The notes: generated by a model not told the origin, from the sequence alone. Counted from the stretch's first letter, positions 9,890 to 20,144 are shown. The stretch is DNA of 64,000 nt from an uncultured Nitrospiraceae bacterium (GCA_963727805.1 CAVSHF010000005.1:32001-96000), one strand, 5' to 3'. Numbers and translations: made by a program.

Positions 9890-11572
9890 CAGGCTGTCCG
9901 ACAATTATCGAAATTAGAGACAAATGACGGATGCCTCGCCATCCTGAAAACATAACGGGGCTATCTGCTTTATACATAGTATCTCCAGCAAAAGCTTCCT
10001 TGGCGTATGGCAGTAGTTGCCCTCTTTCGGAGGCTTTCCTCTTCCCTTCAGGCATTCCCATATCTTTTTCAGATTTACTGCCGTACAGGCAAGGTTAAAT
10101 TCCGACCTTACCGAATTAATTCCTCTCGTCAGAAATGTTCGCAATCCTTTGTTCTCCTTGATATCGCCGATCACAGGTTCAACAATCTGTTGTCTAAGCT
10201 TATATATATATCTTGCTGCAGGCGTTTTCATTTTTTCAGTCATCGCATTGCAGTGAACTTCGTGAGGGAACACCTTCAGAGAGCGTATGCCGTCCTTCTG
10301 TTTGGTACACAGTCGCTGATGCTCACATCCCAAGCATCTCTGACCACGATAGACTCTCACCATCTTGTCCCTCTGTCTGTCAAAATGTTCGCCCAAGAAT
10401 GTTAGCGGGTGATCAGCAGGACAAATATACTCATCCCTTTGTTTATTGTATGTAAAGTTCTTCTTGTCGTATGGGTTGTTTGCCCGCGTCCCACTATTGT
10501 CAGGCATGTATGCATCTATCTTCCTGTCCGATAGAAATGCAATGTTCTCACCGCTAAAATATCCAGAATCAAAACTCCAAATAATACTATCAGCAATTCC
10601 GCCAAGATTCTCTGTGGTTTGTATAACCTGAGGTTGCAACTGGCTGACATCTGCAGCATTCTGCCCCACGTCACTAGCCAAAATGAACCCACCCTTATCC
10701 ACTGTCACCTGAGGATTATAAGAAAGCTCTATCCTGCCTTTCTTATTTTTCATAAAACGACTATCAGGATCTGTCGTGCTTACCTGCTTTAGCCCTTCCT
10801 CATTAACTTTGTCTTGAGCTCCTTGAAGACCTTCTCTGAGTCGACCTATAAAAACATGCCCTTCTTCTTTAGCCCTCTTAACATAGTACTGTGCAGCTTT
10901 CTGAACAAGTTTTTTGCCCTGCCGGGACAGTTGGTCGCTACCCCGTAGTTCACCGAACTGCCGATCCTCACTCTCATCAATCTCTGCCCACTCCTGAAGC
11001 TCACCATCGACAAAGCTTCTCAGAACCGCCAACTCCTCTTTTGTTAATACTCGCCTGTTTGATGCATTTGCCTTCACTTTGGTTCCATCTGTCGACAGAT
11101 GCGACAAATCCAACAATCCTTCCTCTTTGGCAAAACTAACTGTGTGCTTGAAGACTTCCTTTAGTAGATCAGGGTTGTTCTTTCTGAAATCGCTGATAGT
11201 CCTGAAGTCAGGAGTCAGCTTCTCCGCCAAATATATATACACCACGTTCTCTCTGGCATTGCGTGCCAGTCGACGAGATGAGCGCACCCTGTCCAGAACT
11301 CCCATGATCAGCAACTTCACCAGCATTTTTGGATGATATGCCGGATGTCCGGCACCTGAATAGCGGATATCGAAGCAACCATAATCCAGGGAGTCAACCA
11401 ATCCTTCAATGAGAAAACAAATATGATCTTCGGGTATCATATCTTCTAAACTCGGCGGCAGTAGCCAGGATTGCCCTCCATACGACTCAATGTATGCCAT
11501 CGGGTGTACTCCTTGATATCGTTCTTAAATATATTCTACCACCGGATAACTTGATAATTGTCGGACAGCCTG
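9890..11572 (-). mobile_element. IS1182-family IS, copy 2 (inverted relative to copy 1)
   Basis: Same IRs and length (1683 bp); duplication CTAG. Confidence 0.92.
9914..11500 (-). CDS. IS1182 transposase
   Basis: Protein identical to 857..2443. Confidence 0.95.
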   Translation of the reverse strand: MAYIESYGGQSWLLPPSLEDMIPEDHICFLIEGLVDSLDYGCFDIRYSGAGHPAYHPKMLVKLLIMGVLDRVRSSRRLARNARENVVYIYLAEKLTPDFRTISDFRKNNPDLLKEVFKHTVSFAKEEGLLDLSHLSTDGTKVKANASNRRVLTKEELAVLRSFVDGELQEWAEIDESEDRQFGELRGSDQLSRQGKKLVQKAAQYYVKRAKEEGHVFIGRLREGLQGAQDKVNEEGLKQVSTTDPDSRFMKNKKGRIELSYNPQVTVDKGGFILASDVGQNAADVSQLQPQVIQTTENLGGIADSIIWSFDSGYFSGENIAFLSDRKIDAYMPDNSGTRANNPYDKKNFTYNKQRDEYICPADHPLTFLGEHFDRQRDKMVRVYRGQRCLGCEHQRLCTKQKDGIRSLKVFPHEVHCNAMTEKMKTPAARYIYKLRQQIVEPVIGDIKENKGLRTFLTRGINSVRSEFNLACTAVNLKKIWECLKGRGKPPKEGNYCHTPRKLLLEILCIKQIAPLCFQDGEASVICL

Positions 11573-11795
11573 CTAGCCACGGGGCATCTATAACACAGCG
11601 GAAGACCGCTGTGTAGGTTCTGGACTACGCCAGAACCTCAGAGGATAAGGGGAACTTCCAGTCCCCCTTATAACCCTCCGGCAAGGATGCCATTCATCCC
11701 ACGCGCCAAGGCGCGGGGCATTCTGGCATGGCTTTGGTAATTGTAGACCGGACAAGCCCGGTATGGAAGTCGCGAACCGACACGAACGATGAGAG

Positions 11796-11863
11796 GGCTA
11801 ACCACCGTCATGCGCACTGACGCGCGCAACAGTGGCTCCTGCCGGTGATGCGGAGTGTTATGC
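11796..11863 (-). repeat. attC-like site
   Basis: GCATAAC...GTTAGCC with internal pairing, 68 bp. Confidence 0.65.
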
Positions 11864-12021
11864 ACTCAGCGGACTATATTTCGGGTAACCGCCTTCAGTG
11901 TATTCAGGATACCAGCCGGCGATGATTCCTGTGAGCATCTGTTGCCGCAATGACAACACCTCAGCCCTCTCGCTGATTATGTTTATAACTGAAATAACTA
12001 TCGAAAGCAGATTCTCAGTAA

Positions 12022-12080
12022 CTACTCATAATCTCGAGTCCGCTCGATATGGTACAGATACTAGGTTACGACCGGTAATT
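12022..12080 (+). repeat. 59-bp array site D
   Basis: CTACTCATAAT-N33-TTACGACCGGTAATT. Confidence 0.85.
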
Positions 12081-12178
12081 GTTACCCAGCTTAGATCATG
12101 GCGTACTTGCACTTTAGGCGTAAATCTACTTCTTCCGTTAATGATGATGCCTTTGGCCCGTCCCTGCTTTCAGCCCTA

Positions 12179-12475
12179 TCATATGAAGAAGTAGCCAATA
12201 TAACTCACCAATAAAACTAAGGGAGGCACCGCGATGGCTAAACGCGCAGTCAGAGAATTCAGTTGTTTACTCATCACTGCTGTTATGATATATATTGTCC
12301 ATGTCGCTACTCCACACCAAAACATGGCACTGGCTAAATGAGTCCAGAGTTGCCAAGACTGAAGGTCGCCAATGCCTGCTTTATCCATCGCGGTATCCGC
12401 TCTATATATGGCATATATAAAGCAACCTATGCTGATGAGCTGAGTTGCCCACAGAATGAGAAAGACCTTCTTCAT
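12179..12475 (-). CDS. Small membrane protein (single-gene unit between sites D and E)
   Basis: 98 aa, 3 hydrophobic segments. Confidence 0.65.
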   Translation of the reverse strand: MKKVFLILWATQLISIGCFIYAIYRADTAMDKAGIGDLQSWQLWTHLASAMFWCGVATWTIYIITAVMSKQLNSLTARLAIAVPPLVLLVSYIGYFFI

Positions 12476-12550
12476 TTATCTATCACCATAACGCTAAATA
12501 TGTGACATTATCTATTGTCACCTTTCTGCAAATATAGCACAAATTTAGTA

Positions 12551-12609
12551 CTGCTTATTATCTCGAGTCCGCTCGTTATGGTAAAGAGACTAGGTTACGA
12601 TCGGTAATT
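12551..12609 (+). repeat. 59-bp array site E
   Basis: CTGCTTATTAT-N33-TTACGATCGGTAATT; spacer near-identical to site D. Confidence 0.85.
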
Positions 12610-13110
12610 GTTAAGCCTTCCCACCCAAGTGACCAGATTATTGCCAAGGTCGTCCCGTCGGACTCCTTTCTTCTTTGATAAATCCGCACGGCACTGCTGG
12701 TTCATTTATTTAGTTGCTGTTGCTTGACTCTGCCTGTTTCGTGATAGAATTGAGAAACCATAGAATAATCTTAAAGGAGACTATTAGATCAAGGAGTTGA
12801 TAAATGGAGAGAAATATTCAACGCGAATTTATGGCAGCGCCGTGGTTTGTCGGTCTTTGGGCAGTTTGGGGAGCTGCATGTTTACTCACTGTATTTCTAA
12901 AATTGCTAATGGGTAAATGGATAATTGCAACATGCTATTTAATAATGGCTTCCTCAATGGCTTTTCTTGTTTATAGATTTTTAAATAACCCAATAATTAA
13001 ATTCCGCATTGACTCAATTGAAATTCTGAACGGGCCTATGTTCTCTGTGAGACATATCTCGAACTCTGATATTTCGCGTCTCGAAAATAAGAGCAATTCT
13101 AAATATAGGA

Positions 13111-14945
13111 GTCGAGTGGCGCGAGGGAATCTCACCCTCACGCTCTCCCAGATCCGGACGTGACAGTCTCCCGTCATCCGGCTCCTATCATCCAGCCTAA
13201 GGTTGAAACCCAGCAATCCAATGGGCGAACAGAGAAGGCTGTCGACAGGCTATCTGTCTCAACCATATTGTCGCCCTCCGGTTATTGGATTTAAACCATT
13301 TGTATTTCCTTTGCATGCATCGGACTAGAATACTATTGAAAGTTTTGAAGATCGGGTACAGTGCAGATTTGTAGTACTGACCATAGTAGTTGATCCAACC
13401 CCGAAGGACTGGATTACAGAAACGTGAAAGCTCTTCAAGGCTCTTGTCACTGCGCCGGTGAATGAACCAACTCCTCATGACTCCACGAATTGCACTGGAC
13501 GCCTTATTACTCACAGCTGGGCTGAAGTTCACAAAGTAATTTCCAGACCGACTCTTTGATCTCCGGGGTCGAAAAGTGTACCCGAGAAAATCAAAGCTCT
13601 CATTCAGGTAACTCTCTTGTCTCAATCCATCCTTACAATAGACAATCTTTGTCTTTTCAGGATGAAGCTCCAGCTTGCACTGCGTAAGCCGCCGTCCAAT
13701 CTCCGTTCTGAGCCATTTGGCTTGCTTCTCACTTTTACAGTGCACAATAGCGTCGTCGGCGTAACGCTCGAAAGGAATGGTTGGAAAGTTTCGTTTCATC
13801 CACTCATCAAACGCATAGTGGAGGAAAAGATTAGCGAGCAGTGGACTTGCGACACCCCCTTGGGGAGTGCCCTTGTCACGGCTCACTCGCGTTCCGTCTT
13901 TCAATTGGGCAGGGGCCTTAAGCCATCGCTCAATGTATAACAGAATCCACTTGCATTCAGTATGCTTTCTAACAGCACGCATAACGAGGTCGTGATCCAG
14001 ATTATCAAAGAACCCTTTGATGTCTAAGTCCACAACCCAGTCATAACGCCAGCATCTCTGACGTGCTACCCCTACCGCTTCAATCGCTGACTTTCCCGGC
14101 CTGTATCCATAGGAATCCTGATGAAAATGAGGCTCCACTTCAGGCTCCAGATACATCTTAACCACCATCTGCGCAATCCGATCTCCTACCGTAGGAATAC
14201 CCAGAGGCCTTATACCTCCGTTATCCTTCGGTATTTCCACGGTGCGCACCGGTGGCGGAAAGTAGCTCCCCGACGACATCCGATTCCAGAGCTTGTAGAG
14301 ATTATCCTTAAGATTCCTCTCAAACTCCTCGATCGATTCCCCATCCACGCCAGCAGCACCACCATTTGCCCTTACCCGTCTAAAGGCTTCCAATACTACT
14401 TGCTTAGAAATACTAAACGGCTTTGCCTTACTCAATAGCTCCTCCCAACAAATGGTTGACTATTCAATAAAGCTGGACGATGTAGCCCCTTTGCTCCGGT
14501 CCCATTACGAACCTTCATCGCTACTGCTGGCTACTCCGCCTCTGTGCTCCGCATCGGTACTCTCATTCTCATGGGGCCACCACTTGAACTTCTCCCTTAG
14601 CATCGGAGCGACAGTTTCCCACGTTCCACACAAGAGCCTGGATCAGCTTCATGCCGCCTTTATGCCGGACGCCGTTCAGGCAGTAAACAGGTATCTCCTG
14701 AACTAATCCTGATGTAAAATAAGATACATCAGTTTTGACGTCGTCCTTTACCTTTCGACACCTCATCAGCGGTTCGCTTGTGCTCATCTCTCTGATCCTT
14801 ACCTGACACGATCTTGTCGTGCCTTTTCCTTAACGCTCACCACACTGGCTCTTTACCAGTGCAGCTTAAGGTGGTTTGAAGCCTGCTCCTGTAAACCGGC
14901 TTCGAGGGGCCAGCCCTCATCTTCTTGTGCAGCCTCGTGGCGCAC
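13111..14945 (-). mobile_element. Group II intron with RT/maturase ORF (bacterial class D-like)
   Basis: 5' GTGCGCC, domain V GAGCCGGATGACGGGAGACTGTCACGTCCGGATC, 3' CACTCGAC. Confidence 0.93.
13197..14435 (-). CDS. ltrA: Group II intron reverse transcriptase/maturase (no En domain)
   Basis: LWNRMSSGSY, RPLGIP, GTPQGG, YADD, FLGY, GWINYY. Confidence 0.96.
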   Translation of the reverse strand: MSKAKPFSISKQVVLEAFRRVRANGGAAGVDGESIEEFERNLKDNLYKLWNRMSSGSYFPPPVRTVEIPKDNGGIRPLGIPTVGDRIAQMVVKMYLEPEVEPHFHQDSYGYRPGKSAIEAVGVARQRCWRYDWVVDLDIKGFFDNLDHDLVMRAVRKHTECKWILLYIERWLKAPAQLKDGTRVSRDKGTPQGGVASPLLANLFLHYAFDEWMKRNFPTIPFERYADDAIVHCKSEKQAKWLRTEIGRRLTQCKLELHPEKTKIVYCKDGLRQESYLNESFDFLGYTFRPRRSKSRSGNYFVNFSPAVSNKASSAIRGVMRSWFIHRRSDKSLEELSRFCNPVLRGWINYYGQYYKSALYPIFKTFNSILVRCMQRKYKWFKSNNRRATIWLRQIACRQPSLFAHWIAGFQP

Positions 14946-15164
14946 TTATCTTGGCAAATCATAAATCAATTGCACTTCCTATTAAATGGTTGAAAAAGGT
15001 GGAGCGCAAATTGGTAATTTCTGAAATAGAAAAAAGAGTTACTAAGACGGTCAGTAAAAATGTCGGATGATTTTCCCAATAAAATTATACGCTTGGCAAT
15101 CTTCACTGCTGTTGACTGCAGCTATCATCATTTGGTGGGATCGAGAACAGACCACTGAAAATTC

Positions 15165-15223
15165 CTACTTAAAATCTCCATCTCTGCATATGAGGCGCGG
15201 GGTGGAGATTATTTCTGAAAATC
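15165..15223 (+). repeat. 59-bp array site F
   Basis: CTACTTAAAAT-N33-TTATTTCTGAAAATC; AATCTCCA/TGGAGATT perfect stem. Confidence 0.85.
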
Positions 15224-15241
15224 TAGACTGACGCTCTTCTC

Positions 15242-16186
15242 CTAGAAATACCGCCTGCACCAAAGACACTGACTGAGACTACACAGTTTATACGATTTGC
15301 TCCGTTTTGAAGCCATTGGCTGTCGTTTCATAGTAAAGATTAAAAGGGTCCCGCTGACAATACCGGTTAATAATCCACTGGCTAGTGAAACAGTATAGTG
15401 ATAAATAGATAGAACCAGGTCTGCGGTCTCTTTGCTTGTAAAATAGAACTTCATGGCTCCAAAAATAACGGATAAGAGTACATTCATCATGAAATAGCAG
15501 CTGAATCCCGTCAGGCCGGCAAGGACAAGCAGCCATGTTTGTGTCCTATCCCTTCGGGCCATACCAAGAGACAAGCCGATTCCACATCCCATTAATGCAT
15601 GAGCCAGAGTTAAAGGGTATCCTGGCACCAACACCCAGGCAATACGAGACAGTCTCTCCGGATATAATGCATCGAGGATCAAGAATCCATAGGACATGCA
15701 CACCATATAGCCTATGCCACAAGTTATCGCTCCAACCAAGACGGACAATTTAAGCCGGGGATTGTAATTGCGCTTTAGAAGATAAAATACGGTTAATGCG
15801 CTACCGACTGAGTAAATCGCACAACCCACATACAATGGATAGATCGAATGTGTCAGCCGGTAGAGGACCGGTCTTACGATAACCTCAATAACGGCCCAGA
15901 GAAGTCCTAACCCCAAACCGTCCGGATATAGATGTGTTGCAAGCTCTCTGGAGCATTCAGCAAGCCAAGCCCTCACAGATGGGCTCTGGGTTGCATCCAT
16001 ATCGACAAGTACCGGATGATTTCTCTGCTCAGGCAGGCTGCCTGTGCGCTCCAGCAGCGTCTCGCGAATGGCGTCAAAGGCTTCATCTGTCCATTCGTCC
16101 CTGTTGTTGCGGACCCAAATGGCTTCAATCTCCTCCGTCTCCATCCTGGCTATGCTGGCATGCACTTCCGATAAGTCGCTGTCCAT
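15242..16186 (-). CDS. Multi-pass membrane hypothetical protein
   Basis: 314 aa ORF with RBS GAGGGAG and several TM segments. Confidence 0.7.
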   Translation of the reverse strand: MDSDLSEVHASIARMETEEIEAIWVRNNRDEWTDEAFDAIRETLLERTGSLPEQRNHPVLVDMDATQSPSVRAWLAECSRELATHLYPDGLGLGLLWAVIEVIVRPVLYRLTHSIYPLYVGCAIYSVGSALTVFYLLKRNYNPRLKLSVLVGAITCGIGYMVCMSYGFLILDALYPERLSRIAWVLVPGYPLTLAHALMGCGIGLSLGMARRDRTQTWLLVLAGLTGFSCYFMMNVLLSVIFGAMKFYFTSKETADLVLSIYHYTVSLASGLLTGIVSGTLLIFTMKRQPMASKRSKSYKLCSLSQCLWCRRYF

Positions 16187-16305
16187 TACTCCCTCTTTAT
16201 CCCCGCACGTGAAATGGATTGCCCCGTGTTACGTTCCTGTATGAATATATGCCCATGCGACCTTCCTTTTATCATCTTTTCGCAACCTACAGCACAAATT
16301 TGTTC

Positions 16306-16364
16306 CTACTTATAACCTTTAAAAAAGCCTACCATGAGTACACTGATGGGTACGAGCGCAAATC
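16306..16364 (+). repeat. 59-bp array site Q
   Basis: CTACTTATAAC-N33-GTACGAGCGCAAATC; shared leader to its left. Confidence 0.65.
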
Positions 16365-16445
16365 TTGAGTGGTCGGTTAGCAATAACACCGACTTATTCT
16401 CAGTTATTGAAAGCTGCAACTACTGACGATTTGCGAGAGTACCAC

Positions 16446-16509
16446 GCGGAAAGCCCGGCTTCAGGCGCGCAGCACTTGAGGCGCGTCGATCTGAAAGCCG
16501 CTGTTAGGT
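16446..16509 (-). repeat. Degenerate attC-like site
   Basis: ACCTAAC AGCGGCTTTCAG...CTGAAGCCG; R' box degenerate. Confidence 0.45.
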
Positions 16510-16645
16510 GGCAGCCCCATATGCATGTGCCTGGCGAGTGTCGGCTTTCGGCACATAAACAGTCAGTAAATCACAAGCGTTGCTGCGCTGTCCTTTCGAC
16601 GCCGTTCTTTACCCTCAGGTGAACAAGCGGAGCTCCGTGTCGCGC

Positions 16646-17995
16646 TCAGCGCTTCCACTCGTCGTGTGCGGCTTTGATCGCACCCGGAAAGGCGACAACG
16701 TCCGACGGAAACACCTCGATAAACAGACTGTTTGCGCTCCGCCCCGCCCCCCCTTGCGGATACATGCCCCGGCGGAGCATCTTGAGGAAGGACTGCTCGT
16801 CGCACGGGATTGGGTTCTGCAACTTCTCCAAGAATCCCTTGCCTCGCCCACCGCAGGCTGCGCCCTTGCCGTTCTTGCCGAGCCACATGTTGGTCTGCCA
16901 GGCGACCCCCACGTTGTTGGCGCGCGCCAAGGCGACAGTTCGCTGGTCCGCAGGCTCATCAGCAATCAGGAAGCAATCCTGCACCACGAAGTGCCCCGGG
17001 AGAGCCTTCGCGGCCGTGCGAACCAACTCGTCGAGCAGTTGGTCATTGATCCCCAGCGCCTGAAGCCGCGGCCTCGGTCGCCCGTCTTCGCCAATGGGCG
17101 GGAACGCGAACTGGACGATAATGGGGAGAACGACCGCCGTGCTGGGGAAGTACCGTTCGAACGACGCGGCGATCCCCGCCATCGCGCGGACCACGAGCGA
17201 TGGTCGATACCCGGCCTCTTGCCACACGCGCGGCTGGTCGTTGACGCACTGGCTTCTGGCTTCCGCGGGGGTCGCACCAGGCAGTCCGAGTTCCTCCGTG
17301 AGGGTTTGGATGCCCGTGAGCTTGATGAAGACGACGTCGCGGTCATAGCCCGTCTCCCGCAGGTGAGCGGCCAGCTGCTCCAGCATGCCAGCGAATGCCA
17401 CCTGGTAGCCGGCATCCCAAGGTGGAGGCATCGAAATCCTCTGGCAGGGTTCGTTGCCACCATGGTAGTTCACGGCGAAATCGAGGCGCCGGAGGGCAAG
17501 GCCGTGCGGAGGCTTCTCGAACAGCCACTCCGGATTGCCTTTGCCTGCTATGACTGAGAGCTCTACCGCCAGATGGTGTGACCGCGCGAGCGCGAGCTGG
17601 CGGTCCATCGCCGTGAAGTCGTAGGTCTTTCGCGTCGGCGAAATCTCTGCCCAAGTGAAGTGCACACCGATCCCATCGACCCCCGGGACGGCGAGAGCTT
17701 TGTCGAAGTCGCCGTTCTGGATCATCCATTTGGTGGGCCACACGAAGATACCGCGGGCGGAGTCATTCCTGGGGTTCGGGTTCAAGCTTGCCCGGCATGC
17801 GGCCGAGAGTTCTGAAGAGTGTTGCTTGAGGCACGCGATGATTCGCCCCCCACCGGGCTGGACATCCTTGCATAGGGCTTGCGCTTCGGCCTGGCACGGC
17901 CAAGGCTCCGGAGTCGCGGCCCACGCTTGCGAGGCGCAAATGATAATCCCGACCATGATCGTAGAGATCGACAGTTCGATTCTTTTCATCGCCAC
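16646..17995 (-). CDS. Secreted protein with an N-terminal Cys-rich (GLG1-type) repeat and a glycoside-hydrolase-like domain
   Basis: Signal peptide; CQAEAQALC..VQPGGGRIIACL..H...LS..C; FTWAEISP....YDF..MD typical of GH TIM barrels. Confidence 0.7.
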   Translation of the reverse strand: MAMKRIELSISTIMVGIIICASQAWAATPEPWPCQAEAQALCKDVQPGGGRIIACLKQHSSELSAACRASLNPNPRNDSARGIFVWPTKWMIQNGDFDKALAVPGVDGIGVHFTWAEISPTRKTYDFTAMDRQLALARSHHLAVELSVIAGKGNPEWLFEKPPHGLALRRLDFAVNYHGGNEPCQRISMPPPWDAGYQVAFAGMLEQLAAHLRETGYDRDVVFIKLTGIQTLTEELGLPGATPAEARSQCVNDQPRVWQEAGYRPSLVVRAMAGIAASFERYFPSTAVVLPIIVQFAFPPIGEDGRPRPRLQALGINDQLLDELVRTAAKALPGHFVVQDCFLIADEPADQRTVALARANNVGVAWQTNMWLGKNGKGAACGGRGKGFLEKLQNPIPCDEQSFLKMLRRGMYPQGGAGRSANSLFIEVFPSDVVAFPGAIKAAHDEWKR

Positions 17996-18195
17996 TCCAT
18001 CGGAACTTGCAAGAACGTGTTTGCTACGCGAGTCGTCCGTAGGCCCGCTTTGGGTCGAAAGCAGCCGCTCTACTCATCGGGGCACCGAACATTATTTTTT
18101 ATGTCGCATGCGTCTTTTTGTTCATTATATCTTGCATGCCTTGTCCCGTCCTATTCCTGAAGTGATAACGCAAAAAGCCATGGGGCGCGGCAGTG

Positions 18196-18390
18196 TTATT
18201 CCTCGTCCCTCTTGCGCGTGTTAGGCGGAGATATTCCCCTTTTTTTCATTTCTTTAGTAACCGTTGCCGGAATGGGACGGCACCCGCAGTATTTTGCATG
18301 TTCACGGTGCCATTCAAGCCTTTGTTCCATTGTGGCTTTGGCAGGCATCCGGTTCTCGAGATGCCAATCTCTATTTAACTTTGACTCTTT
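18196..18390 (-). CDS. Small hypothetical protein
   Basis: LNRDWHLENRMP..ATMEQRLEWH.EH...CGCRPIP, coherent short Cys/His protein. Confidence 0.6.
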   Translation of the reverse strand, partial: KESKLNRDWHLENRMPAKATMEQRLEWHREHAKYCGCRPIPATVTKEMKKRGISPPNTRKRDEE

Positions 18391-18492
18391 CATGATTAAG
18401 GGTGGATCAACCTTCAATGCACGTTATTCCATTTGGAATTATGCCATAAGAATAATTCTAAATGGAATGATCCCTAAGCAGAGTCTCGACTC

Positions 18493-18551
18493 CTACTTAA
18501 AATCATCATCGTGAGGACACTGCTCATTATGCAAGATTTCTTCCAGAAATC
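18493..18551 (+). repeat. 59-bp array site G, with an IS1111-type element inserted at its right edge
   Basis: CTACTTAAAAT-N33-TTTCTTCCAGAAATC; the tail TCTAGACTGAAGCTCTTC resumes at 20142, as after sites F and P. Confidence 0.85.
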
Positions 18552-18552
18552 T

Positions 18553-20144
18553 GATATGTATTAAACCTGTCAAGTGCTGATGATCAGCGTCTTTGTTTTT
18601 TTGTTATAACCTCCTTTTTGGATCATACATTTGGGTCAGGACAGCAGCGATAAACGACGGTAGATCACTCTGATATGCGCGGGTTGGATACCGCATGACT
18701 TGTCTTCGTCGTGGAGCTGCCTGTGTCTAGAGTCGAGGGTCAGCCTTTAAGAAGGCGCCTCTTAGATTTCCCGAGGGTTCTCCCAACCGGCTGCTATCCT
18801 GGCCAAAATGCACACCCGTCGAATCAATGTCCACAGTTGTCTAAGTTTAGAAGAACACATTTATGATTACGAAGCCACTAGGGGCAACAACTTTCTTCTA
18901 CTGTGCATGTTTGCATGTTATGCAACTTTCACCGCAGCACTATTGTTCTTTCCCATAACCTCGCGACCAATAGCCCAAATAAACCCTGCCAACTCCCTTG
19001 CCACTGCAGTGCATGCCTGCACCTTTAGTTTTCCCTTTTGTGTCAGATGCCAGTATCGGCCGCACAAACGTTTTTGCGCTTTCCACGCAATTGCCTGTAC
19101 CGCCTCACTTGCCTTTTCGGCCCTCCGTTGAAGATGAGCTGTTTTCCTAGCAGCAAAACGATAGCTCCAAGAAGCCTCTACAAGTAACCTGCGAACATGT
19201 CCATTGCCTGTTTTGGTAATGCCTCCTCTTTTTTGACGATTACCGCTTGAATCCTCGCTCGGTACTAATCCAAGATAAGCCATTAATTGTCGAGGACTTT
19301 CAAAACGGTTTATATCTCCAATCTCTGATACAATCGTCATCGCCGTTACAAGCTTAACTCCCCGTAATGCCATCAATGCTTCCACCACAGCTCCCAACGA
19401 CCATCCCGCAAGCGCTTTGATCATCTGTTCTTCCAGCGATACCACGCGTCCCTGAAGGTGTTTAACTGCATCTATATACTCTTGAAAGACGATCTGCTGG
19501 ATAGGACTTTCAAAGCTGATCTTTTCAAGCCAGCGGAAATGTGCTTGTGTCCATTTATTTTCGCCGGAGTAGATTCTTTTATTTCGCAACAAAAAGCCGT
19601 TCAATCGTTGCCGGGCACGCCGTTCCATGCTCTTCATATCTTCACGAATTCGTGTGAGGTCTCTAATCGCCTCTTGTTGCTGATCAGGAACCCACACCGC
19701 TGTCAGTTCATTTGCTCTAAGTAAACGCACCAGTGTCACAGCATCGCGCCGATCTGTCTTCACTCGATCTCCGGCTTTCTTCGGTATTAATGAAGGGGCT
19801 ATAACATCGCATCGATGCCCCATGTCCGTTATTTGCCGATATACTCCGTATCCGCACGGTCCAGCCTCATAACAAAAAACAGCCCGACTTCCAGATGGCA
19901 CTACCTTTTTTACCAGCTTCGTTATAGCCTCGGCTGTATTGGCAATCTCCCCATAGTATCGGGGCACTCCATGCTTCCCTGCCGTTGCTACTGCTATCTT
20001 TTCCATGTGTACGTCCATGCCGATAAATGTGCTAAAATTCTTCATAACCTGTCCTCCTTAATTGTGGCTCTGAGCCTTTGGTTTCGTTACCTTAAAGCTT
20101 AACCCACGTCCTTTAAGGTTGGACAGGTTTAATACATTATGTCT
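18553..20144 (-). mobile_element. IS110 family, IS1111-type element
   Basis: Subterminal IR ATGTATTAAACCTGTC (18556-18571 / 20122-20137), 3 and 7 bp from the ends; long non-coding region downstream of the transposase. Confidence 0.88.
18918..20045 (-). CDS. IS110-family DEDD recombinase/transposase
   Basis: IGMDVH, CYEAGPCG, KTDRRDA, GLVPSE.SSG, ITKTGN. Confidence 0.95.
   Translation of the reverse strand: MKNFSTFIGMDVHMEKIAVATAGKHGVPRYYGEIANTAEAITKLVKKVVPSGSRAVFCYEAGPCGYGVYRQITDMGHRCDVIAPSLIPKKAGDRVKTDRRDAVTLVRLLRANELTAVWVPDQQQEAIRDLTRIREDMKSMERRARQRLNGFLLRNKRIYSGENKWTQAHFRWLEKISFESPIQQIVFQEYIDAVKHLQGRVVSLEEQMIKALAGWSLGAVVEALMALRGVKLVTAMTIVSEIGDINRFESPRQLMAYLGLVPSEDSSGNRQKRGGITKTGNGHVRRLLVEASWSYRFAARKTAHLQRRAEKASEAVQAIAWKAQKRLCGRYWHLTQKGKLKVQACTAVARELAGFIWAIGREVMGKNNSAAVKVA

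Larger units (their letters stand above)
9870..11736 (-). mobile_element. Non-autonomous IS200/IS605 derivative (~180 bp, PATE/MITE-like) interrupted by IS1182
   Basis: Ends similar to 207-2498 (GTGACACTCCC...hairpin; CATTCATCCCACGCG hairpin); TTAC at the left end; no tnpA. Confidence 0.8.
12804..15070 (+). pseudogene. Membrane protein gene interrupted by an antisense group II intron
   Basis: Joining 13110 to 14946 restores the frame ...SKYRIILANHKSIALPIKW...NVG*. Confidence 0.8.

Noticed and set aside
785..11572. Composite transposon or inversion bounded by inverted IS1182 copies
   Set aside because: Each copy has its own matching target duplication, and the array sites between them keep the common orientation, so these are independent insertions.
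13197..14435. RT as a retron, DGR or CRISPR-associated RT
   Set aside because: It is enclosed by complete group II intron boundaries and domains V/VI; no template/variable repeat pair or msr-msd was seen.
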